A DNA stretch of 58,552 bases, taken from Anaerolineales bacterium (GTDB taxonomy: Bacteria > Chloroflexota > Anaerolineae > Anaerolineales > E44-bin32). Below are positions 51,305 through 58,552 of this stretch, in pieces. Each line of letters starts with the position of its first letter. Position 1 is the first letter of the stretch. The notes under the pieces were generated by a model, which worked only from the letters and a program-made list of their open reading frames with translations, made no database searches and was not told the DNA's origin. The DNA is taken from assembly GCA_037379555.1 (NCBI GenBank), contig JARRJK010000014.1, positions 1 to 58,552 on the forward strand, given 5' to 3'. The translations under genes and the position numbers were made by a program.

Positions 51305-52837
51305 TCAATCGAGGTACTGCTCCTTTAGCTTGACTTTTTCGACTTTGCCATACGCGGAATAAGGGAGGACATCCGCGATAACAAATGACTTCGGGATCTT
51401 GTATCTCGCCAGACGTTCGCCTCCAAACCGTTTCAATTCATCGGGGTCGGGCTCTTGAGCCTCATTGGGCACGAGGATCAGCATTCCCACCTCGCCCCAT
51501 TTTTCGTCCGGCACCCCGATCAGCGCACAGTCCTTAATCGCCGGATGCTCACGGAAGGCGGTTTCGACCTCAGCAGCGTATATATTCTCGCCACCGCTCT
51601 TGATCATGTCCTTATAACGGCCGTCGATGTAGAAGAAGCCGTCTCCGTCCTGGTGCGCCATGTCTCCCGTATGAAACCAACCGTCCACGATGGCCTCATC
51701 CGTCGCCCCGGGGTTACGCCAATAACCCGAACAAACGTGAGGGCCTTTGATCAGCAGTTCCCCGGCCTGGCCGGTTGGTACCTCCTCCCCGTTCTCAGGG
51801 TCGAGGATGCGCATTTGGCTGTGGAAGATCGGCTTGCCTACCGAGCCCGTCTTGGGAACCGATTCCTCGTCCGTCATGCTGAAACAGTTGGCTCCCACTT
51901 CGGTCAAACCGTATCCCTGGCGAAAAACGATTCCTTTGCGATTGCGCCAGGTGTTCATCAGCTCCGGTGGGCAGGTCGCGCCGCCGCTGATGAAGAATCG
52001 CACCGGGCTGAAATCGGCCTCTTCGAAGTATGGTGAATCGAGCCACATGCGAAAGAGTGTGGGGACTCCCAGGATGACGGTGCATCCCTGCTCCAGGATC
52101 CAGCGCAGCGATGTTTCCGGGTCGAAATCGCGGGCCAGGACAATCCGCCCGCCCAGATAGAGCAAGGGGGCGAAGAACGCAAACAGGCCGCCGGCATGGA
52201 AGAGCGGCGTGTAGACGGGCGACACATCGCTCTCCAGCAGCCCCCAGCTGACGACGGTATTGATGCAGTTGAACAGGATCTGCCGGTGAGGGATGACCGC
52301 TCCCTTGGGATTGCCGGTCGTTCCCGATGTATAGAGGATGCAGTAGGGAGTCTCGCCATCCATCGGTGGACGCTCCGGTTCATCAGCCGGGGCGCGGGAT
52401 ATGACCGCTTCATAACGGATCCCTGATTCAATTTCAGCCCCGCGCAGCGTAACGACATGCTCGATCGGGTAGTGCTGCCTCAGCTCTTCAACGGTATCGG
52501 TGAACTCGGGTTCGCAGAGCAGGACCCGGGGTTCGAGGTCCTTAAGCATGTAGGAAAGTTCGCGCGAGGTGAGGCGCCAGTTAAACGGGGCGAAGATGAC
52601 CCCAATCTTCGGCAGGCCATAGAAGAGGTCCACGTAAACGATGGAATTTCTCGCCAGGATGGAGACGCGGTCGCCTCTCTCAAGACCCAGCTCATCCCGC
52701 ATGAAATTCGCCAGCCGGTTGGCACGTTCGTTGAGTTCAGCATAGGTGTAGCGCACGCCGGATTCCATATCGACCAGCGCGATTCGATCCGGCGTGAGTT
52801 CCGCCCGCTTGCTGAGCAAATCCCCCGCGTGAATCAT
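51305..52837 (-). CDS. Acyl-CoA synthetase (long-chain fatty acid-CoA ligase family)
   Basis: YTSGTTGNPKG, GYGLTE, WFHTGD, SGGENIY, YGKV. Confidence 0.9.
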   Translation of the reverse strand: MIHAGDLLSKRAELTPDRIALVDMESGVRYTYAELNERANRLANFMRDELGLERGDRVSILARNSIVYVDLFYGLPKIGVIFAPFNWRLTSRELSYMLKDLEPRVLLCEPEFTDTVEELRQHYPIEHVVTLRGAEIESGIRYEAVISRAPADEPERPPMDGETPYCILYTSGTTGNPKGAVIPHRQILFNCINTVVSWGLLESDVSPVYTPLFHAGGLFAFFAPLLYLGGRIVLARDFDPETSLRWILEQGCTVILGVPTLFRMWLDSPYFEEADFSPVRFFISGGATCPPELMNTWRNRKGIVFRQGYGLTEVGANCFSMTDEESVPKTGSVGKPIFHSQMRILDPENGEEVPTGQAGELLIKGPHVCSGYWRNPGATDEAIVDGWFHTGDMAHQDGDGFFYIDGRYKDMIKSGGENIYAAEVETAFREHPAIKDCALIGVPDEKWGEVGMLILVPNEAQEPDPDELKRFGGERLARYKIPKSFVIADVLPYSAYGKVEKVKLKEQYLD

Positions 52838-52900
52838 GTCTCCTCCCCACGATTGACACACGTGCGCACCTTATCCTAGCACCTGCCAGTTGCACACGGG

Positions 52901-53710
52901 TTACAAGGAATCCTTGGCATGCCTGGCCAGAAAGCCCAGGATGATCTGGTTGAATTCCTGCGGTTTCTCCCAACAGCTGGCGTGCCCGGCTCCAGGGAGG
53001 ACGTGCAGCTCCGACCCCGGTATCGCGTCCTTGAGGATTCTCGCATATCTCGGACCCTTCAGAAGATCCGACTCCCCGACGATGATGCAGGTCGGAATAT
53101 CGATCTCGCCCAGCTGTGATGTGAAGTTGACCTGCAGAAAGCACTCACACAGGGTCTGTACCGCAGGAAAATCGAGCTGGGCGTAGCGCTGCTTCGCATC
53201 CTCCAGCAGCGCTGCGTTCGCAGCGATGAACTCGGGCGAGAAATTCCAGGGGACCGTCGCATGGAAGAAACCCAGCGGATCGCCGGCCTTCAAGGCATCG
53301 ATCCAGCTCAAGACGATCAACTCCAGCTCAGGGCCGACCTCACTGACCGTGTCGATCAGGATCAGGGTCCGCACCTTATCCGGAAAGGCCAGGGCGAATG
53401 CCTGGGCTACTTCGCCTCCATAGGAGATGCCAGCGATGTGTGCCTCCTCGACTTTCTGCGAATCGAGCAAGGCCGCCAGGTCCTCAGCGTGCATGCGCAT
53501 GGTGTAAGGCCCAGCCGGGTGCTCAGATTGCCCCTGGCCGCGGCAGTCGTACTGCAGCAGCCGGTAGTCCTCAGATAGGGCAGCTGTCTGGAAGGCCCAG
53601 CTCGTGGATGCATTCATGATGACGCCGTTGTTCAGCACCAGGACAGGGGCGTGCTCCGGACCGTGCCACTCGTAGAAAAGCGTAACGCCGTTTACTTCGT
53701 CGTAGGGCAT
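52901..53710 (-). CDS. Alpha/beta hydrolase (PcaD-like)
   Basis: YDCRGQGQS, GISYGG, GH..WEKP. Start MPYDEVNG is coupled to the upstream stop. Confidence 0.85.
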   Translation of the reverse strand: MPYDEVNGVTLFYEWHGPEHAPVLVLNNGVIMNASTSWAFQTAALSEDYRLLQYDCRGQGQSEHPAGPYTMRMHAEDLAALLDSQKVEEAHIAGISYGGEVAQAFALAFPDKVRTLILIDTVSEVGPELELIVLSWIDALKAGDPLGFFHATVPWNFSPEFIAANAALLEDAKQRYAQLDFPAVQTLCECFLQVNFTSQLGEIDIPTCIIVGESDLLKGPRYARILKDAIPGSELHVLPGAGHASCWEKPQEFNQIILGFLARHAKDSL

Positions 53711-53711
53711 A

Positions 53712-54137
53712 TCACACCGCAGCCGATGGATGGAAGGCGAGCAGGGTCTTGCGCGCTTCACCCTCCCCCCGCTCGATGAACTCAGCCTGCAGCGGCAATC
53801 CGATCTGAATACTCTCTGGGTCACCGACATCCACGCCGAGTATCTGGGCGCTGATCGAAACTCCCTGCTCCAGTCGGACGATGCCGGAGCAATAAGGGTT
53901 CTCCCGGCCATAGCCCGCCTCGAGCATCGCCGTCGGCGCGATGTAGATGACCGTAAATGCGAGGAGTTCTCCCGTGGGCTTCAGCTCGGTCCATTCCATC
54001 GCTCGTCCGAAGCATTTCGTGCACATCGGGCGCGGCGGAAGGTAGAGCTGGCCGCAATCGCTGCACTTTGAACCCATGATCTTGTGTTCAGCGAGCCTGT
54101 TATAGAACTCAGCCTGGGAAAAGCTGTCTTCCTGCAT
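53712..54137 (-). CDS. DUF35 Zn-ribbon/OB-fold thiolase partner
   Basis: CSDCG..YLPPRPMC.KC followed by an OB fold; directly follows the thiolase. Confidence 0.9.
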   Translation of the reverse strand: MQEDSFSQAEFYNRLAEHKIMGSKCSDCGQLYLPPRPMCTKCFGRAMEWTELKPTGELLAFTVIYIAPTAMLEAGYGRENPYCSGIVRLEQGVSISAQILGVDVGDPESIQIGLPLQAEFIERGEGEARKTLLAFHPSAAV

Positions 54138-54190
54138 ATCCAAGCTCCTTCACAGCTCAGCGGGTGCCGTTCTGGGCTTCCCGGGGCTGA

Positions 54191-55453
54191 CTAGCGCCTC
54201 TCGTAAATATGCACGACGCACGTTTGTCCGGTCCCACCGACGTTGTGGGTCATGCCCAATCCGGGATCGCCCGGCACCTGCCGCTCGCCGGCCTCTCCCC
54301 GCAGTTGCTTCCAGATCTCCACCGCCTGCCCGATGCCTGATGCACCCACAGGGTGGCCCTTGGATTTAAGGCCGCCGGAGGTGTTGACCGGCCGGGGTCC
54401 GATGCGCGTGGTCAGGCCTTCCTCAACGGCGGCGAAGGCTTCTCCCGGCTTGAAGAATCCCAGGTCCTCGGTCGCGATCAATTCGGCGACGGTAAAGCAG
54501 TCGTGGACTTCCACGACCTTAATGTCCTCCGGGGTAATCTGGGCCATCTCGTAGGCCTCCAGGCCAGCCAGTTTTGCCGCCCGCAGGCTCGTCAGCTCCT
54601 CACGGTCATGCAGCGCGACGTCGCTCGCCTGGCCGGAACCGATGATATAGACCGGGTCAGCGCTGAATTCCCGTGCGAGCTCCTCGCTCACCAGCAGTAG
54701 CGCAGCCGCCCCATCCGAAATGGGTGAACAGTCGAAGAGCCGCATCGGCCAGGCGATCATCGGATTGGCCTGACGATCTTGCAGAAACTCCAGTTCGTCT
54801 CTCCAGGCAGGCTCAGGCTTTCCTTTATCCTTCGCTTTGGCGATCTTACCCTCCATCACCTGACGGATGGTCTTGCCGAACTGCGCCTTTTCGTTCAGGG
54901 CGCCGTTCTCGTGATTCTTGATGCCCACCCGCATGAACGCCTCCTGTGGGGCTCCATAGCGGTGCATGTACGCTGAGGCCATCGCAGCATAGAATCCCGG
55001 GAAGGTAAATCCGGCCGGGATCTCGTACAGCACATCGCTCGCTGTCGCCAGCGCATCCGTCACTTCCGAGGTCGGCAGGTCAGTCATCTTTTCGATGCCA
55101 CCGACGAGCACGATGTCGTAGGCGCCAGCGGCGATCGCCAGGATGCCCTGCCTCAGCGCGACGCCACCGCTGGCACAGGCATCCTCGACCCGGGTCGCCG
55201 CGCGCGGTGCGAGCCCGGTCCAGTCCGCCATGAACGGCGCGTTGTGGCCCTGACCTTCAAATAGATCGCTGCTGTAGTTGCCAATGTACAGAGCCTCAAT
55301 TGCCTGCGGGTCAAATCCCTTATCCACGGAACCGAGCAGCTCCTGAAAGGCTTGCACGAACAAGTCGCGTGAGGAGAGGCCGGGGAAGGCGCCGAACTTG
55401 CTCATTCCCGCCCCGACGATGGCTGCACCCCGGCCGAGTTTCGATCGTGTCAT
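54191..55453 (-). CDS. Thiolase (SCP-x/archaeal-type)
   Basis: VEDACASGG, DCSPISDGAA, EVHDCF, SGGLKSKGHPVGASG, HNVGG. Confidence 0.9.
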   Translation of the reverse strand: MTRSKLGRGAAIVGAGMSKFGAFPGLSSRDLFVQAFQELLGSVDKGFDPQAIEALYIGNYSSDLFEGQGHNAPFMADWTGLAPRAATRVEDACASGGVALRQGILAIAAGAYDIVLVGGIEKMTDLPTSEVTDALATASDVLYEIPAGFTFPGFYAAMASAYMHRYGAPQEAFMRVGIKNHENGALNEKAQFGKTIRQVMEGKIAKAKDKGKPEPAWRDELEFLQDRQANPMIAWPMRLFDCSPISDGAAALLLVSEELAREFSADPVYIIGSGQASDVALHDREELTSLRAAKLAGLEAYEMAQITPEDIKVVEVHDCFTVAELIATEDLGFFKPGEAFAAVEEGLTTRIGPRPVNTSGGLKSKGHPVGASGIGQAVEIWKQLRGEAGERQVPGDPGLGMTHNVGGTGQTCVVHIYERR

Positions 55454-55511
55454 GTTGGTTACCTTCCCTTCCGATCGCTGAGAATAACTCCCAGCAGGCG
55501 GCATGGTCCGC

Positions 55512-57062
55512 TCAGCCCTGTTGAAATTGATCCCGCAGCTCGCGCTTCAAGATCTTGCCCATGCCCGACAGCGGCAGCTGGTCCATGATCTCGACGCTCT
55601 TGGGTACCTTGAAGCTCGCCAGGTGGCTCTTCAGGAACTCAAGCAGCTCTTCAGAGGACACGCTGGCGTCCGGCTTGAGCACCACGCAGGCCTTGCCCAC
55701 CTCGCCCCATTTGGGGTCGGGCAAGCCGATCACGGCGCACATTAACACCGCCGGGTGTTGATACAGAACGTTCTCGATCTCGACCGGATAGACGTTCTCC
55801 CCGCCCGAGATGAACATGTCCTTCTTGCGATCCCGCACATAGAAATACCACTCGTCGTCATACTCCACGATGTCGCCGGTATGAAACCAGCCCTGCTCGT
55901 CCACAACCTCAGCTGTCGCCTGCGGGTTCTGCCAGTAGCCCGAGAATGCGCTGGGGCCTTTCAGCAGCAGCTCTCCCCGCTGGCCGGGACCGAGCGGGTT
56001 GTCCTCCTCATCCACCACGCGCACGTCGACAAAGAAGTTCGGCCGCCCAATGCTGCCCGCCTTTCGGATCGCATCTTCCGGCGGCAGTGCGAACAGGCCG
56101 GGCCCATACTCGGTCATGCCGAATCCCTGCTTGAAGCGGATCTTTTTCTCGCGTGTGTACTGCTCGACAAGTGGCACCGGCAGTGGTGCACCGCCGCTGG
56201 TGCAGAAGCGCAGGCTGCTCAGATCCGCACTGGCCCAGTTCTTGGCCTGGGTCATGATCTGGTACATCGTGGGCACGCCGGCGAAGACCGTTACATGCTC
56301 GCGCTCGATCAGGGCCAGCACCTGCTCCGGATCGAACTGCCGGGTGAGGATTGTCGTGTTGCCGAAGACGACCTGGGAGGAGACATAGGCGAAAAGCCCC
56401 CCGGCGTGGAAGAGCGGGAACACGCACAGGTAGATATCGTCGTGGGCGAGGTCGTGGATGACGGTGTTCAGCACATTCCAGCATATCTGGCGGTGGCTGA
56501 TCTTGGCCGCCTTCGGCAGACCGGTCGTCCCCCCGGTGAAGAGCAAGCAGGCCGTTTCTTCTGCTTCGAGTGACTCGCACATGACCGGAGTCTCCGCCGA
56601 GGATTCAATGACGTCATCGAAGAGCAGGCTGCCCGGAATCCCCGGGCCCTCGATATGCAGAAACGCGCCCGGTGCGTGCTCGCCACTGCGCAGCGCGGTT
56701 TCGATTTCACGCACGTTATCGATGAAATCGTCCGAATAGATCAGCACCTTCGGGGTAGTTTGCTCGAGCAGCGCCACCATCTCCCGCCAGTGAAGGCGCC
56801 AGTTCAGGGCGGTGTGGATCGCCCCCAGCTTGGCGCAGGCGAAAAAACAATCCAGATGCTCGACCCCGTCCCGGGCGAGGATCGCCACCCGGTCGCCTTT
56901 TCCCACTCCCTGCTCATGTTTCAGCCAGTTCGCCAGGCGGTTGACACGCCGATTCCACTCCCTGTATGTCAGCCGTAACTCAGGGTCTTTGCCCGCATCG
57001 ATGATGGCCGGCTTATCCGGCGAATAGATCTCCCGCCTGCCCAGATAATCACCGATGTACAT
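55512..57062 (-). CDS. Acyl-CoA synthetase
   Basis: FTGGTTGLPK, GFGMTE, WFHTGD, SGGENVYP, MGKILK. Confidence 0.9.
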   Translation of the reverse strand: MYIGDYLGRREIYSPDKPAIIDAGKDPELRLTYREWNRRVNRLANWLKHEQGVGKGDRVAILARDGVEHLDCFFACAKLGAIHTALNWRLHWREMVALLEQTTPKVLIYSDDFIDNVREIETALRSGEHAPGAFLHIEGPGIPGSLLFDDVIESSAETPVMCESLEAEETACLLFTGGTTGLPKAAKISHRQICWNVLNTVIHDLAHDDIYLCVFPLFHAGGLFAYVSSQVVFGNTTILTRQFDPEQVLALIEREHVTVFAGVPTMYQIMTQAKNWASADLSSLRFCTSGGAPLPVPLVEQYTREKKIRFKQGFGMTEYGPGLFALPPEDAIRKAGSIGRPNFFVDVRVVDEEDNPLGPGQRGELLLKGPSAFSGYWQNPQATAEVVDEQGWFHTGDIVEYDDEWYFYVRDRKKDMFISGGENVYPVEIENVLYQHPAVLMCAVIGLPDPKWGEVGKACVVLKPDASVSSEELLEFLKSHLASFKVPKSVEIMDQLPLSGMGKILKRELRDQFQQG

Positions 57063-57088
57063 TCCGCACCTCCAGAAGGCCGCTAATC

Positions 57089-57967
57089 TCAGAAGTCAAA
57101 ATCGAGCTGTTTCTTGGAGAAGAACTTCTTCAAGCTGGGCCAGAAGATCTCCGGCCGCTCCATATAGGTCATATGACCGCATTCCGGCAGCATGATCTGC
57201 CGGCAGTTGGGCAAGATCTTGGTGAGTTTGGCCTGCTGCCAGGGTGGGATCGCCCGGTCTTGCTCTCCGGTGAGGATCAGCGTCGGTGTCTGGATGTTCC
57301 GGTACGCATCCGGATCCCGGCGGATGTTATCGAAGAAGGGGTTCTGGGCTTCGGTCAGGCGTATCAGACAGTAACGCTTATCCCGGTAGCGGTCGAAGAA
57401 GTTCCGCCGGCCCTTCTCCATCTTCTCGCCGTAGATGCGCCGGGCGAAGGTCTCGCTGAAGATCTTCTCATACAGGTAATAGGTGTAGATCTCGAAGGTA
57501 CGGTCATCGTGCTGGTAGAACATGAGCGAGATGTCCTGGTACATCTGGAACTGAATCTCGTTCGTCAGCAGGATGCCGGAAAGCGTGAGCGTGTGCAGGC
57601 GGTCCTGGAACAGCCGGCCCAGGTCGGCGGCGATGAAACCGCCGTAAGACACCCCGATGGGATGGATCTTCTCGATCCCCAGGTGGTCCATGACAGCGAT
57701 CAGGTACTGGCTGAACTTATCGATGAAGTACGGTTCATCCTCCTGCGAGGATCCACCCTGACCGAAGTAGTCGTACAGCAGCACGTCGAACTCAGGCTGC
57801 AGGATCGGCACGGTGCGGTGCCATGATTTGGTCAGCATGGCCAGGCCGTTCAGCAGGACGACGACTTCCTTCTGGCCCCGGCCGAAGTACTCCCAGTAGA
57901 TTCGGCGCGTCCCTGCTTCGACTTCAATCCAGCCTGTGCGATCCGGGCCAGGTGCTTGATCCGTCAT
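57089..57967 (-). CDS. Alpha/beta hydrolase
   Basis: LLNGL, YDYFGQG, GVSYGG, GEQD, GHM..E.P. Confidence 0.85.
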   Translation of the reverse strand: MTDQAPGPDRTGWIEVEAGTRRIYWEYFGRGQKEVVVLLNGLAMLTKSWHRTVPILQPEFDVLLYDYFGQGGSSQEDEPYFIDKFSQYLIAVMDHLGIEKIHPIGVSYGGFIAADLGRLFQDRLHTLTLSGILLTNEIQFQMYQDISLMFYQHDDRTFEIYTYYLYEKIFSETFARRIYGEKMEKGRRNFFDRYRDKRYCLIRLTEAQNPFFDNIRRDPDAYRNIQTPTLILTGEQDRAIPPWQQAKLTKILPNCRQIMLPECGHMTYMERPEIFWPSLKKFFSKKQLDFDF

Positions 57968-57976
57968 TCGCGCGCC

Positions 57977-58552
57977 TCAATTCCCGCCCGGGGCCGTCCA
58001 GCGCCAGACGGATGCGGCCATGCTGATGCCACCCCCGCTGGCGCAGAAGAGCACGGTCTCGCCCGGCTTCGGGCCGCGGCCGCTGGCGATGGCATCATCC
58101 AGCGCCATCACCACACAGGGGGAACCCGTGTAGCCCCACTTGTCCATCACCCAGTGGGTCTTCTCGATCGGCTGCTCTAGCAGCTCCATCATGGCCTCAA
58201 TCGTTCGCAGATTCAGCTGGGTGAACAGGAACAGATCGACTTGGTCGAGCGTCAAGCCGGCCTTCTCGAGGGCGCCGTGAATGAGTTTGGGCCAGTGCTC
58301 GGTGTTGAAAGTCTTGGGGAATTTCCTGACGAATTCCACGTGAGGCGGGCCATACTGGTTCAGGGTTTCGATAGAACAGGGCCGCCAAGCGCCGCCGGTG
58401 TAGATTCCGAGCGCATCGTGGTACTCGCCGCGCGCCAGCAGATTGCTGGCCAGAAATCCAGGTTCATCCCCCGCTCCCAGCACGGCTGCCCCTGCCCCAT
58501 CCGCGAACAGGTTCGCCGTCTTCTTGTCCTGCAGGTTCAGGAAGCGGCTCAT
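57977..58552 (-). CDS. 3-oxoacyl-ACP synthase III (FabH)-like protein, C-terminal part (5'-truncated by window edge)
   Basis: LFADGAGAAVL, FTQLN, WGYTGS, ASGGG. Confidence 0.85.
   Translation of the reverse strand: MSRFLNLQDKKTANLFADGAGAAVLGAGDEPGFLASNLLARGEYHDALGIYTGGAWRPCSIETLNQYGPPHVEFVRKFPKTFNTEHWPKLIHGALEKAGLTLDQVDLFLFTQLNLRTIEAMMELLEQPIEKTHWVMDKWGYTGSPCVVMALDDAIASGRGPKPGETVLFCASGGGISMAASVWRWTAPGGN

Noticed and set aside
52901-53911. 336-aa version of the hydrolase ORF
   Set aside because: The extension overlaps the DUF35 gene. The ATG at 53710 next to the DUF35 stop gives a normal hydrolase N-terminus.
1-58552. Mobile elements, prophage, defence systems, tRNA/rRNA
   Set aside because: No transposase, integrase, phage, cas or restriction motifs and no tRNA/rRNA-like sequence recognised by eye. 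An Infernal/HMM scan would be needed to exclude small elements.

Overview
GC-rich bacterial chromosomal window. The many lipoproteins with Pro/Thr/Glu-rich linkers, the MalT-like and BTAD-type regulators and the general gene style suggest Chloroflexota/Anaerolineae (inference only). I found no rRNA, tRNA, CRISPR array or transposase. Contents in order: a 5'-truncated rifamycin-phosphotransferase-like PEP-utilizing enzyme; a Zn-knuckle methyltransferase; a DUF3592 protein; an MFS transporter; a two-gene unit encoding a SAM methyltransferase fused to an HgcA-like corrinoid/membrane protein (GINVWCAAGGG) plus a translationally coupled ferredoxin; a MarR-led MacAB-like exporter whose ATPase has two NBDs and a cNMP-like domain; CarD; a DEAD-box helicase; a polysaccharide deacetylase; a GYD protein; a beta-propeller hybrid kinase with a REC-PP2C partner; a partly decayed regulatory region (kinase pseudogene, broken MalT-like and SIMPL genes, ABC-2 exporter); a membrane-anchored 32-aa repeat protein with SARP-type operator repeats, next to a BTAD-AAA-TPR regulator; an MFS that appears to start at ATC; an aldo-keto reductase; and a >14 kb minus-strand acyl-CoA/ester catabolic operon (variant FabH-like enzyme, 3 hydrolases, 2 acyl-CoA ligases, thiolase + DUF35, Liv-type ABC importer). 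The best candidates for an undescribed system are the methyltransferase-HgcA-like fusion with its ferredoxin and the repeat protein/SARP-STAND pair.
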